DNA from: Trypethelium eluteriae
Taxonomy: Eukaryota
DNA: 47,503 bases
Direction: 5' to 3'
Assembly (NCBI GenBank): GCA_051942245.1
Contig: JAVECL010000129.1
Location: 1-47,503, forward strand
Below are positions 22,914 to 36,945 of the stretch, piece after piece. Made by a program: the position numbers and the translations under genes. Below the pieces are notes generated by a model that made no database searches, was not told the DNA's origin, and saw nothing but the letters and a program-made list of their open reading frames with translations. How positions within the stretch are numbered: the first letter of the stretch is position 1; every line of letters starts with the position of its first letter.

Positions 22914-25900
22914 GTATAGACCAACATGGATCTTGAACTTTGAGAATAGACCGGGTGCACTATTCAGTTTGGCAGCGAATTCATTGCCATCTGCATTACT
23001 TGGGATACTACTCGAACTGTCATTTGGTTAAGGTACCGGGGATAGTCCTTTTAATGTTGTGTAGATTCTCGCTTGAGCTATTTTGTCACGCTAGATACCT
23101 GCGCCTCTCAAAGCGCACGTACAACAAAAAACCGAAAAAAATGGAGGTGCGCTAGAATGGAGAACAGCTAAGTACCAGTTAGCACCAGTAATGATCAACG
23201 ATAAATCAATACCAAACTGCTCTAAACAAACGCTGAACTTGAAGACTTTCGTGACCCTAGTCCAACATCGACTATCTTTTTGGTGGCAACTCCACTCAAG
23301 AGGCAGCTATACAGTCATCACGCCGCCAAAAGAGCAGAAAGGTTACGAAATCAACATGACTAAATTAGTAAAGTATCTACATGAAATTACTTCGATTGTG
23401 TATTTTGCCTTGCTGGGACTGTGTTTGGAGATAGGGAGCGTGGGACGTGGATTGGATTGCATTCGCTACTTTATCTCAATCAAGATATGTCCAAAAGTGT
23501 TCTGAGAAGTCACTACCTTCTCCGTACTGACCTCAGGGATCTTCCTCGTATCAGTCGGTTAACGGGGAGTCCCGTCAATCTTGTCGAATGACCGTCCCAC
23601 AGTCCTGGGCATGTGCATAAGCACAACGATGACGAAGATGGTTTAACTAGCTGTATCAAGGAAATGCACTCCAATGTCTGGTAGAGTCGCGCATAGGTAA
23701 GCGCAGTGACGATGGCACTTGATGCTGACCTGATGGTGATGGGCTGCATCTCGCTCGCATTGGTCTTACCACACACCGCCCAAATACTGCAGTAGTGAGC
23801 CTGATACACGGAAACCACCATCCCCACGAACTGACGCCCAACCCCATATTTGACTACTGCGTTCCTTCTGTGCAGACTGACCCCACGCGGGCGCCTATGT
23901 GTGCAAAACCTACGACGATATCGGCACGCCAGCCAAGTCTGTCTAGGTCTTCGTTGGCGGAAAACGAGGTGACAGTCAAGAAGTGCAGAGACGCCAAAGG
24001 CGATGGATCGAGCTGTAGTCTCGGAGGAGCTCGGCTTGTTCAAAGAGTATCGTCCCAGGATGAAGTTCTCGCTTGACTAAGAACTCCATACAGCTCTGAG
24101 AATACCCCATATGCCATAATGGACGAAGCCTAAGAATAGATTAGCATCTTCGTCGCACGAAATACAACCGTCTCTAGAATCGTCTTGGACCTAGATTTCG
24201 AGATGACAAAAGACTTGAATATCGTCAGTACTAGCAATTAAATGTTCCAAGAACCCCGAAAATTTTTGAGGAAGAGGAATAATTATGCTCAAAACCTCCA
24301 GTCGGGAATCATGGAAACGTTGAGCGTGCTGATCAGACAAAGGTGTTCCCCGCTCGACAAAGCCGCTCTTGACATGTCCCAATATTTCTCGACACAGTAC
24401 TACTATGGGCATGTCGAATCAACAGTCGTGATTCGTGGATTCTTTCTCACGATCCTTTCTCACGTCACCAATCTCCATACTGTCAGTCTACTCAGGTTTC
24501 TTGGGCCGCCATGAAGAATGGCAGCGGGTTTCAGGTCCAACGAATTTTGAGTCACTGGAGGCTTAGGGAGGAGGCCAAGCGAATCATTGCCTAAACGGTA
24601 TCCATAAGCTGGTGGATCTCTTGTGGAAAAAGTCTGAACCAAAACCATCCTGAGAAAGGGGGTTAATCGCTCCCAACCACTGAAGCCCGAGGATACGCTA
24701 TCCAGCCTACTGGCCATGCTTGGAGAACTACCACGGTTAGTAACGAAGCTCCATCAGCATTAAGATTTGCAGAGGATCACCTACCCGGTGAAGCAGGAGA
24801 GCAAGAAGACGTGGACACATGGAAGACGATGCAGCAACGGGGTGTTGAGACACGTCAGTCTGTCAAACGGCAGTGCATTAGGATGGGAGTCCCTACATAC
24901 AGCAAGCACGATCACAGGGGTCGTTGTCGTATTCATGTGCTTGATGCACCGATCGCGACATACACTGTTGGCATCATTCTTTCTCGGCTCTTACAGTGAT
25001 AAGAGGGAATCGTCTCGGTTGAAGTCAACAACATCTGGAAGAGGCCTAGCGAACATACTAGCCCACGGCGTTTAATGTCTACGGCATCCTTTAATGGAGC
25101 CTTTGGAGCCTATTCAAGAGATTTGCCCAGGGATATTGGTGGCGATCCCAATCGACGGAGTTTAGCCATGATGCCTCCCGACTTTCCACTTTCCTCCTCA
25201 AGAAGCGATTAACTACGTTTCGTATGACAGCGGGCTAATGCACATTGTAGACGTTGAATGCAGTAAGATGATGTCCTCTGCTGGTACCGAAGATTACCTC
25301 ATCAGATCACAGTCGTATCAGCGATTCGTCCAAACATCAAGCAAATAGCGTGGCTTCTGGAGCGACCTTACCGCGGAACGAACCACCAGGCATTCCGGGG
25401 CGAAGTGCCGCGGAGACGGCGGTGAGACGGGGTGAGACGGCGGCGGCACCCAAGGTTTTGACCCTGTGAAGATTGCACTGGCCTTTATGCATAAGACACG
25501 TTGATATCATGTATCCATAGCAACAAATACCTTCTTCGACCTAGTTGAACAACCGGAAGAGAGAAAAGAGATAAGCACGGTCGGGCTCTTCTACCACGAT
25601 AACCATTATAGTTCACGGTCTAGCGGAAAGCCAAGCTGTTAGCGTCGGCGATGTTGCTAGCTCCCGCACCTTGCGATGGCGCAAAGAGGTGAAGGACTAA
25701 AGGAATGAAGGGATGTCTTCGCGGCTGGTCGGTCTCTCCATTAAGCAGACGGATACGGCGGACAATATAGACGAGTCATCTACTTCTGGTATCATCAGGC
25801 GTTTGACCTTGAGCAAGATCTTTGCGGGAGTCCCTTCACGTTGAACACGTGGGTAAATGGTGACTAATCAAATTATCCCTCCAGTGGTCTTCAGGCCTCG

Positions 25901-27608
25901 GGTTCTAGATTTGAGTTGTCTTGTACAGCAACTTACTGCATCAATATCTATGAGGTGCATCGACGCGTCCCCATATAGAAAATGGTTGATCTCTACCTGA
26001 CGAGGTAAAGCTTTTCAACCCCGAGTATGACTCTGGTCTTGATTTGCTACGAATCCTTGAGCAGATCTCTTTCGTCAGGCTTAGTCGAACATGTTCACTG
26101 TGAAGCGCGGGAAATTTCGGGCGCAGGGCATTTGCTGTATAATCTAAATCACCAGCAGAGTTGTGGCAAGCAATCGTGGAGTAGAGTTCCTGATGCTTCG
26201 CATCTTAGCCTCGGCATACCTAGTTAAGCATACCGAAGGGCTTCGCCGAGCGCTAAGAAGGATCCTGCATAACGACAAAGCGAGATGCTTCAATTGCAAG
26301 CTGGTATCTTATCTGCTAAACAGCCTCTATTTGTCAAATCTCATCAAGATGCTTACTAGCTTTACGCACATAAGCCGATATCCTTCGGCAGTGCTTTGGT
26401 AAAAGTAGAAGATGTTGCCAGTTCCACCATACAGATGGAATACTGGGCATGTACATCTTCAGCCTTACGGCAACTGTCCTCGCACGACAGCACACGCTGG
26501 TCTCGCATACGTAGGTACGCTTGCACGGCGACAGGAGTCGGTAGCTTCAGCCTCAGAGATCTATCTAGCCAAAGAGGCTTATCGTAGGTCCTGCACTATC
26601 CTTTGGTCTTTGGTCTTGCCATCCATCATTCATACTTCCTCTTTTGGCTCATATAACGTGTCAGGTCGAGTGACTACCTACCATAGGGCAGATCCGTGCC
26701 TATGATTCGAACTCAGAGCCAATGAATAGCCCAATGGTCTTTCTCTCCGAGGTCCTTAGCGGATCATATACGCCAAAGATCCCTACATCAGCACGATGCT
26801 GATACTTTGCACACCGGTATCAGCTAGCGACGGATTGAAGGTAGGCGCACTCTTCCAGTGACAGAAACAGCATAGCCGTTCCCATATGAATGAGGGGTGC
26901 AGAAGGCAATATTTATCATCCTTCGGTACCTGTTTTATCGCGTTATCAAATTCCGATCTAATTTTATTTTCCATCAGGTAAGCTATGCCCACATACGCTG
27001 GGGCAGAAAACCTTGCTTTACCTTCGGCCCCACCTCCCCCGAGGCCCACCCAAGCCCTCACAACTCCAACAAATTCTCTATCCACGGAGTCAACGTCTCA
27101 CTTACCTCTCCCTCCGCTCCTTACACTTGTAACTTTCTACCAAATAATCTGGTCATTAGATTCTACCCTGCTTGTTACCCAATTCGAATTTTAGGTCGTC
27201 TTTTGTCTACATCAAATACTGATTTGAAATTGATCCTGCTTCGCATATTGGCCCATCACTCAGCCTTACCTGGTCCGCGCTTGACAATCTTGTAAATAGT
27301 CATTACAATATCTTGTAGATAGTCTCAAAGCCTCGGCTACGTGTAAGATTGCTCGGTGACCCGTGCCGCCAAATTCTTTGCTTTTTGCATAGACAAGAAT
27401 ACCCCATCTTTATGTAAACACTATATGTTAAGTGCAGCGATAGAAGATTATATCTCATCGCTCAGATATATATCTTGCCAGAATAATAATAAACATGACC
27501 ATCTCAACTCCTGAGACTGGGTAAAAAGGTGATCGAAACATCCCGCAAAACTCCTAATCCTCCGCATGAACAAAACCGTACATTTCCACTTCAACCCTCC
27601 CATCATTC

Positions 27609-30510
27609 TCACCAACCACCAAACCTCCACAGCGGCACAGCACTAGTCGACTTCGCCGCCCCATACGTCGTATAAGCCGTCTCAAAACAGTCCCGATGGT
27701 AGTTGACAGCCCAATTATTCATGCCCCTCTGCACACCGCCCTGCTCCTGCAGAGTCCTCGAATACATCTCGCATTGTTTCGTGCTGCCATCGTACGAGAA
27801 GCTCGCGCAGTCGCTCTTGTCGAGGCATTGGTTGCGGCAGGTGTCGAGATCGTTGGAGCTGCTCGCTGGTTGGAGGAGCGCAGGTACGGGGACTTGGCCT
27901 TGCACACCGCAGATAGAACCTGGGTGTGTGAAGACGGCGAGCTGTGTGGAACAGGTTGATGACGTTGGCCGTGACGAGGCGGACGATGGTTTGGGTGGAG
28001 TGGAAGAGGACTTGGATGGGGGCGGCAAATGCGGCGTTGTAGATGGAGAGGTGGAAGAGGGCGCGTACAAGGTCGTTGATGGGGAATGAGATGTCGACGA
28101 AGAATGGATGAGTGTGCTTGACGAAGACTTGGGTAAGACGGACGAGGTCGTGGGTTTTATGATGGAGCTTGAAGTCTCAGAGTAGGTTGATAGGACTTGA
28201 GTCGTAGTACTTGTTGAAGTTAAGCGCAATGTACTTGTCAAGTTGGGCGATTCAGAAGCGCTTTGTGCGGTACTCTCGGAATGAGTCAAAGACGAGTCCT
28301 CAGACACATCGGTCGTGTTAAATAGACGAAGCGAAGAGCTCGAATGAACCATAGACGTCGTTGAAGAATCGTTGAGACTTGTATGGTCATAAGGATTAGA
28401 TTCTTGGGATGAGTTGGTGGAATGATTTGATGAAGAAGAATTGAGCGGAGACGTTGGTTTCAGTGTCGGCAACGTGGATGTCGCCAGTCGGGTTGCAGAT
28501 GTAGATATATATGAAGAAGCCCATTTTGAAGTACTGCTGTGGTCCAGGTCTGATGTGGATGTATTACCTACCGGTTTCGCGGGAGTTGTAGAGCGAGTGT
28601 TGCCTGTCGGAGAGTCTGGCAAGTCTGTGGAACTTCCAGACGAATGTATCGAGATTGTCGACTGGGTTGGACTTGGAGTAGATATCGGAGTCGTGGGCAC
28701 AGATGCCACACTCACTGAGCTCGGATGGTCGCTTGTCTTGGAAGGGCTGAGGAATGATTCGTCACTCGCGAAAGTGATGTTGGTTGACTGTGTATTACTG
28801 CCTTTGGGCCTGATCCCAAAGCCCGTCGTAGAGCTCGTTGCACTAGCCAGGATTGAAAATCCTGAGGATGGCGAGTTCGATCCGAGATCAACGCTTGAAG
28901 ACGTAAGAGCTGCGTCTGTACTGGAGCCATACGATGAGGTTGAAGATACAGGTATAGTTGATTGCGATAGACTTTCCGTGGTCCAAGATCCATACGACTG
29001 CGAAGTCGAAGACGCAGCCTCTGACAGACCAATAGATGATGGTACTAGGCCCTGAGAAACCGGTTGAGACTGGCTGGTAGGGCTCGAAGACGCATAAAAA
29101 GACGGCGCCAGCCCTGATGACGAGGGCTGAGATACAACTTGCGTGACAGAAGTATATGAAGAAAGCGATAATAATGTGGTGGCTTGGTCTGGAGGCTGCG
29201 AGGAAGCTACACCTGCTGATATACCTGCAGACGCCGGTTGGGAAGACTCAGCATTCGCTACTGATACTTGCGAAGCCTGTGAAGACATTGGTGTGCTTAG
29301 GGATGCGGTCGACGTCTCGTCCTCACATTCACAGTCCTCCGTATTAGAAGTCGCCGCCGAAGTACTCGCTGCATCTGCAGAGATACTCGGTGACGACGAC
29401 GATGACAGAATCGACGAAACAAGTCCGGATGACCCTGATTCAGAAGTCCCAGCGACGGACGCTCCAGTTCCCGATGGTCCAATAGATGGAACGAGCACTG
29501 AGCTTGTAGTTGAGCTAGAGGGTAACGGAGAAAGGGAAGAAGACGATAGCTCTGTGGGCGGAGTAGATGACGTCGAAGTACGGATGGTGCTAGACGGCAC
29601 GGAAGAGGTCGAGTTTAAAGGCGCTGTTAGTATCTGAATGCTTTCCCAGCTGCCCGTTAAATCCGTGTAATTGTAGCCATATCCGGGATTATCGTTCGTG
29701 ATGGAGACGCTCTGGACGTACATGGTGAAGGGCGCTTGACTCAAGTTCGTGTAACCGCCAGCCCAATTGACAGTTCCAGCATTTCCATCAGGATCTCCAC
29801 CATCCCAAAGACCAAGTTGAAGCTTCATGGGGGATTGGGGATATTGGTGTGTATCATTGTCACATTGCGACGCGAAAAGCGTACGAACCGTTGTTCCATC
29901 GATAGACCAAACCAATTGATCTTTTGTCCAGTCGACAGAATACGTGTGGAATGAAGCTTGTGGCTGGTTGACATTTTCATTGCCGCTTCGGTCATAGTAT
30001 CCTGTGTCACCTTTGCCGTAAAAGTTTGTCTGTACTTGTCCACTGGATGAGATAGCTCCGAAGTTATTTCCAGAGAACTCCCAATCGATCTCATCGTAGT
30101 CATCGGAGATGAGAACGGAGCTGCTGACAATGCCTTGACCGGGTGCAGCTTGCATCACCACATCTACGTGTCCGAAAAAGATGTAAAAGTCGGTCCAGAT
30201 ATTTGGTGCATCGTATCGTTTATTAAAGGTGAACTCAGCACCATGGCTGCCGAACGTGACCGTCTCATAGTTTGCCAATATCCATTCAGCTGGTAGGGAC
30301 GATTGTTGCGTAAAGTCGACGTAATAATGACTCGTATTTAATCCAGGATTTGGAGTGCATGCGCCAACACCTCGGATTTAGTTAGTCTTATCCTTCAATG
30401 GCAAAACCGATTGCAAACTTACTGCTTTTAATTGGGTTGCACGTCTGGCCCTGTGTCACGGAGCTCAGTCCAAACAGAAATAGGGGCCAAGATTTCGTGA
30501 GTCGCGCCAT
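27609..30510 (-). CDS. Secreted GH16 Crh-like transglycosylase with a long Ser/Thr stalk and a C-terminal PAN/Apple-like Cys domain
   Basis: Signal peptide MARLTKSWPLFLFGLSSVTQG/QTCNP at 30510; intron 30371-30422. Catalytic DEIDWE, VQTNFYGKG, FHTYSVDW, YPQSPMKLQLGLW. Then roughly 550 aa of Ser/Thr-rich sequence, then ICGVQG...CRNQCLDKSDCASFSYDGSTKQCEMY...RDC. Confidence 0.9.
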
Positions 30511-31584
30511 GATCCAGTCTTTCCACTGCTAGGACAGGCCAGAGCTAGAAGAAACTTCTGCATGGGTATTGTACAGAGAGAGTAGTACAAGCGGCATAAC
30601 TTACCTTATAGCGACGAGAAGTACAAAAGTGAAAAACAAAGGACTGCACCTTATTTTCGCCGTAACCGTTTGCGGCATTTTCTGAATTGGATGACTTTGC
30701 GGTAAGTTACCTTTAGACAAAGGCCTGAAACAACAAAAAGGAGAAGAGAGATGATACTTAAAATTGTCAAGACAAAACACAGCGAGCTCAACATATATCA
30801 TGGCCATTGTCCACGACAGCGTTGTGGCTTGCAGACCCCACTCGAGATGAACGTTCCGTTTCATCGGATACGACAGTACGAAATTCCATCTTTTCTGAGC
30901 AGAATGAAATTCCTCGGACGGAGCGAAACGTGTGGCGTTATTGAGGAGATTTCAGTGAACGGCGTCACCAACTTGATACATTCCTCTTGCTTAGACTGAC
31001 AAAGTGATTGTATTTGCAATTGTAATAACTCGAATACCGCCTCAGAACATACTTGAGTCCAAGCCAGGAGGAGACCTGTGACCTTGACTAAAGGTACCTT
31101 ACCAAGGTACATAGCTAGTCGAGACGGTCAAAGGATGAGGTTGACAAAATACTGTCTGTACCTTAGGCGGTGGAGCGGCAACGGCCGGCAGATTGGCCGA
31201 GGCTCACCGCCCACAATCATGTTCTTTTCATAAATTTTATACCGTGTTGTACTATTCTACCTAGGTAGGTACCTAAAGTATCCAATCAAAGGTGCTTGCA
31301 TGTGAACATATCGTAATCTATAAGGAGCCCGTTAAAGCACAGCTTTACATAGGTATACAAATAGGGGACCCGGAGAGGAAGCCTCGTTATATACACACGC
31401 TTGACCTCTCAAGGCTTCAACAATGATAACTCCAAAAGACGTCCGGCCACCGATAATGCGTAACCCAGAACAACCGCATGCTCGCTCATGCAATGCGTCT
31501 TTCGCGTCATAAAACAAAAAGCCAACCCTAATCGTAAAACCATCACAACTTCCCCCTCAACTCCACTTCTCCCTTCCCCATTCA

Positions 31585-34500
31585 TCACAAATCAATCAAA
31601 TCCTTATCCGAAAAATCCGGCGGGCTCTTCCGGAACACCACCCGCCCCTTCGCATCCAGTGCCGTCCCATCATTACTAATCCCCAAATAGCTCGACAGCT
31701 TCCGCGTGACCCGGATCTCGTAATCCGAGATGCCCAGCACGTCGCGCGGCAGCCAGATGATGGGGCGCCTAGCCCGCAGAGCCTGATGCTGGAACGCCTG
31801 GCGCACGAGCGCGTCGCGCTGCTCGGGCGTCAGGTCCTCGAGCGCGTCGTGGTAGCCCGAGTAGAGGACGTCGCCGACCGGGTTCTGCGACTCGATGTCG
31901 ACGGCGGCCTTGCCATCGAGCTGGGTCGGCGTGCGCTGTGGGAGGCCGGGCGAGGAGGTGATGGGTGGAGGAGCGGCGGCGGCAGGGCCTTGGAGCGGTG
32001 TCTGGCTGCCGCGGGTTTCGCGGCTGCGGGAGCGAGGTGCTGGCGAGCGAGTGCGAGAGCGGTCGCGGTCGCGGTCGCGGCTTTGGGAACGGTCCGCCCA
32101 GGAAGAATGGTGGTGTTGGCGCCGACGTTCGGGAGAGTGCCTGTTTTCGCTGAGATTGCTAGGGGTGTGAAGGACGGTGTGGTGGGCATGGAACTCTTGC
32201 TGCTCGGCCTTCTCGACTTGATGGTCTTTTTCTGCTTCGCGCTCCTCACGGTGACGGAGGGCATCCTCGATATCTTCCTCCTCTTCCTGGGCGCCATCGA
32301 CGAGGCGGACGTTTGCGTCATGCGCCCTTGCGAACTCTTCATCGCGGCGGACCGCGTCGTCTTCCAGGGTAATCGGCATGTACTCAAACATGGGCGCAAA
32401 CGCTTGGTTGAGAAGAATCTGGTACAGCGCAGTCAAGGCCATGACGGCTATCATGATTGAGGCTTGGGGGACGCAAGTCAGATGGCCTTGGCTGTCCTTT
32501 TGAATGAAAAAGAGCCCAATCATACAAAGGTCCATCACATAGAGTCCAGTAAATAATTGGTTGATAGCCTTGGGGAAAAGTAGGCCACCAGTATCATTGC
32601 GATATTGATAAACGAACAATGCGTTGTAACGGTGCGCAATCCAGAAGAGGCTGAAGGTTATGAGGTTGAAGACCATAATGAGGGGAGAAATGACTGAATA
32701 AATCAAGCCTATGCAAGCAAAATTGGTATAAACAGGAAACAGAGTACCGCCTTTGTTGGACGGTAAATTGACCTGTCGATGGAATTTTTGTCGAGCTGTG
32801 CTGTCGTTGATCGGCGCCCAAATGAACCAAAGGAATAGGTGTAGCAGCTGCACAAGCTGGCCAGCGCTAATTGACAGAGCTTGGAGAATTAGATAGGAGA
32901 AAAAGAAATTTGATGCCGCTGGGAGATTTTGAGCCAGTAAGTTTGTGACACTGGCGGGATTGTTTGTCAGTTGCTGGATGACACCCAAGATGCCTGACGA
33001 TAGCGATACGACAAGAAAGACTTGGATGAAAAGGAAGAGAAAGTAGTATATCTGGATGCTTAATTCAACTGAGGAACCGGTAGGCATCCCTTGCAAGTTA
33101 GCCAGCAAGCGGACTAGCAGCGGAACCAGTATCAGACAAAGGCCGAGTAAAAGTTGGGGCAGAATTCCAGTAACACCTGCCACAACCTTCGGGGGTAGCC
33201 TCGTGACCCAAGACAGCCAAGAATACTTCTGAAGGTTCGATATCTGGGAGATACCGGAGAGAAATATGACGGGGATCAAGTATAAGAAGATAAGAGCCAC
33301 GATCGATAAGAATACTAGAGAAGAGCGTGAGTATTGCTCCCACCACTTGACCGAGAGATTGTCCCATAGAACATCTTGAGGAGAAATTTCGACCCTTCGA
33401 GGTGCCATATTCTTTGGAACATGGTGACTGAGAGACTGACACGCCATGTGGGCTGCTGCTTGGTGGTTGAATTGAATGAATGCCGAGTTCATCAATGGAT
33501 ATTTTTCTGGCTCTGATTGATCCTTCTCAATTTCCGCATTCAGACGGGCAAGCTCCTTCCGACAGTATTGAATGGTGTCAACTTTCTTACCAATCAGAGG
33601 CAAGGAGAACATCCACGAAGCTACTGGAAGTCGCATGGTTGGGCGATCTTTTTCTCTGACGTATCTCTTCCAGATAGGCTCACCAAACGCATTCTCATCA
33701 AAATCTGGATTGAAGGCCTCCGGATATTCAGTATCCTTCGTTGTCCGCTTGTCGAGCCCAAGAGCCTGGGCAAACTTGCTCTTTGATACTGACTTGTTCT
33801 CTGTGCCATGAGCATCATTTGTCACCGATTCGACTTCAGCACCGAAGATCTCATCCGATATTCTTTCATGTGGTTGAGGACTAGGAGGATTTAATGTATC
33901 ATCCGGCTTCCAAGGAAGCACGCGCGCAACCTTTGACCCCCGCGGCCTAATTGGTGAAGTCGGTGCGGCCGGAAGAGCATGTGCAGGGCGATTATTTGGC
34001 TGAACGGCCTGCATCATTGATAGATCAGCGATCTCGCCAGCTTTCCTTCGGCCTGTATCAGCAAGGCTAGAATTTTCTGCCTCTGCCTTTTTATAAGGGC
34101 TGTCAACTTGAGCTTGGCTGATTGTAGACTTCTGAGAAAGTAGCTGCTGGTTATCATCAACAGCAAAAGTATCTTCTGATATCACGGGAGACTCGTACGT
34201 GGTTGCCAGTCCGCCAGCATTTGCAGCATCAAAGCGATCGTTGACTCCTTTACGGACAGTACCAATACCAGTCCCAATGCCTCTACCCAATGTCAAAGGA
34301 AGTTGAGCGGCACCGCTTCCAATTGCTTCTAGCCCCTCCTTTACCTTGGGGATGGGGATAGCACGCCGAGGCTTTTCTTGCTCAGCCATGTCTATCATTT
34401 CATGTGCTCCTTCTGTGGCACCTCCTGAACGAGCAATTTCTTCTGCCTGATGATTTGCCTCTTCAGTATCCTTTCTTTGCTCCGATTTTGATTTTTGTGT

Positions 34501-35421
34501 TTCTTTAGCGACCTGTTTCCCATGGGCCTTGACCGCGTTGCGGATCAATTCCGTCTCCGCTGATTCAAGTTGGTGGGCGATTTTGTCTCTCTGCGTTACT
34601 TTCTCCTGGAGCTCGTCATAGTTTCGATTGATCCAGATATTCCGGATACCGCCGGGGAAAACGTCGTATAGGCCATCGAGCGCTTCGAAGGTAAGCCATT
34701 TGCGGGGGATGTTGGTGACCAGAACAGTAGTAGCCGAAGCCCGTAATCGGTGTTGCGGTGAAGTGAGATAGGCTTGCCGCATACGGATGTAGGAGCGCAA
34801 CTCTTGTTGAAAAACATAGCATGCCCAGATGGCGACGCACACCGCAAGAATTAGATGTGCCCACAAACGGCGTTGATTCGGAGCCACAACGTTTCCCATT
34901 GCAAAAGCATTCAGACCTTTCGCACCACCTCCGCCTGTCTTGTTTATCGGGAGAAGTATCGGTAGGATCACGAAGGCCAGAGGTATGAAGATTTTGAGAA
35001 GCATGCGCAGGAAGCGCAAGAACATGTAGGCATCAAGACCGCACCTTTGAACGAATTGGGCATTCGAAACCGAAAAGACAGTGACCAGCCAACCGAATGG
35101 ACCGCTTGGTGGTATTGGCATACGCTCGCGTTTAGGTACTAGATAGGTTTTAGGCTCGCTGTTCACAAGTTGTTAGCCAACACGATTTCTTCAGAAGGTC
35201 GATTAGGAAGATTCATACTATAGTCTCGTAAAGCGTATTCTCAGCAGTAAGAACGCTCCAACTTGTACGCCAAACAAGATCAAACCCGTGACAATCGAAG
35301 ACAACAGGGCGCCAACGGTCTGGCCATTGGTGTCTTGGGCTAAGCTGGTGTTTCCGTTCAAGATGCCACCCTGCCTCCCTACCAAGGTCGGGAGATGGTT
35401 GTGCTGGAATGCGGGATCCAT
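31585..35421 (-). CDS. OSCA/TMEM63 (DUF221, CSC1/RSN1-like) calcium-permeable stress-gated channel
   Basis: ATG at 35421 in accgccATGG; intron 35159-35218 joins RL-Y-EPKTYLV. Motifs CGLDAYMFLRFLR, SATTVLVTNIP, KKVDTIQYCR, SAFIQFN, PQDVLWDNL, AQNLPAASNFF, DTGGLLFPKAINQLFTGLY, many TM helices. Confidence 0.95.
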
Positions 35422-36945
35422 GGCGGTATGCAAAATTCAGAGAGGATCTGGTGAACAGAGGGGCGGCATGCCCCCTTAAGTCCCTCTATCAAGGTTGCCT
35501 GAGATCGTGGGGAATTGGGGAGCTGGAATAGGGGATAGTGAAGCAAGCGCGATGACTTTTGGAAGCATTAAAGAGGGTCTAGCAGAGGAATCGACATCGC
35601 GTTCGGTCGCACTGGTGTCAAGTTTCGGTAGATCTCAGGGTCGAGTTTCAAAGTCGGAGTTAGATTGGGAATGGGTGGTGCTGGCGCCTTCCTAGATCTT
35701 GATTTTGACACATGCAAGGGCCAAGTATTATTATTGATTAGCCGCTTCACAAGCGCCCGCATGACGTAGAAGACCGCGACAAAGTCCACACGATAAAACC
35801 GATAAAGACATCAAGTGGGCCGACTTCAGGCTCTTAGAACCATGCTTCTTTCATACGCGTAGAGGCACGCGTTTCACTGTTGACAGTTTGAGACCCCAGA
35901 ACAAAAATGTGCGAGGCGCAGTGTGGAGTATGACATCTTGCCTCTCACCCTCTCAACCTGACCTAAAATCCAGGTCCAGACCAGGACGGACACGGAAGAC
36001 CCTTGTTCTGCATAAGTGCGGGCCTCCCCTTTGTACGTCGGTGTACAAAATTGTGTTTAGCACCTCAGGTGTCAGGGTGCAGGGCTGACCCACAATTACC
36101 TTAGGTATTATTCGATCCTTTATGCCTTCCCAATTCCAGACAAATCTTGGCGCTGGCCTAGGAAATTGCATCCACCGCCACAAGCCATCGACCACAACAC
36201 AGCTGGATCCGGGGAGAACTATGTATTTCATCGACTTCTGCGCCAGATTCATCCAAAGCACTTGGTTGATGTCGATTTGGAAGATACCGTTGTACACAGT
36301 GTCAATTCTCACTAATGACTGATCCCTTCCCATTGCAAGCAGGAGCACTGGCTAGAGATGCGTCGCCTCGAGCCAAAGATGCCACTAATATCCGTGCGAT
36401 GAGATTGTTAATGGTGTACGCCTCTCCCGTACGAAGCACAGGAATCACTGTCGGTCTTGAGCCCGTGGACCCGTTGATGCCTGATTCAGATGCTGATATC
36501 TGGAAGCAAAAGCAAGCTTATCTCGTCCAATATTTCTATGCCAATATGTAGAGATCCAACTCACTTGCGGCAGTCACAGAACCAATCTATGGCCTCTGTC
36601 TGGGCCACTTGGCATGACAACCAATGCCGGGCGTACGCCGCGAAATTTCTTGTGGTCCTTGCTGAATCCGCTTGCCTCTCATCCTGCTCAGCCTCCAGGC
36701 ACAGCATATGGGGCCCAGATTAGTTTGCCTACTTCATACGGTTCTGGAGTGCAATCGACTTCTCAGCCGATCTCTTTCTTCAAAAGGTGAGCTATTTGTG
36801 GCGAAATGGCGCAGCTGTGCCTTCGGGTAACCTGACGTGATACCATCAGCAAGTCCATTTCTTATCAGTCGTGGCCAGCCCTTCAGGCGCGATTCCTCTC
36901 TTCTTCCATTTCGTCCCTGCAGACTTTTGTTTCCATTCAAAAACC

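Noticed and set aside
28441..29637. Plus-strand acidic/Val-rich ORFs of 204 and 164 aa
   Set aside because: Antisense reading of the Ser/Thr stalk codons of the GH16 gene.
31255..31275. CTACCTAGGTAG palindrome and TAGG repeats (also near 12101-12115)
   Set aside because: Common low-complexity intergenic motifs in filamentous ascomycetes; no element ends or target-site duplication seen.
31786..32460. Several long overlapping ORFs
   Set aside because: They arise from the high GC content at the 3' end of the OSCA gene.
35568..35789. Possible uORF ahead of the OSCA gene
   Set aside because: The transcript start is unknown and there is no conservation evidence.
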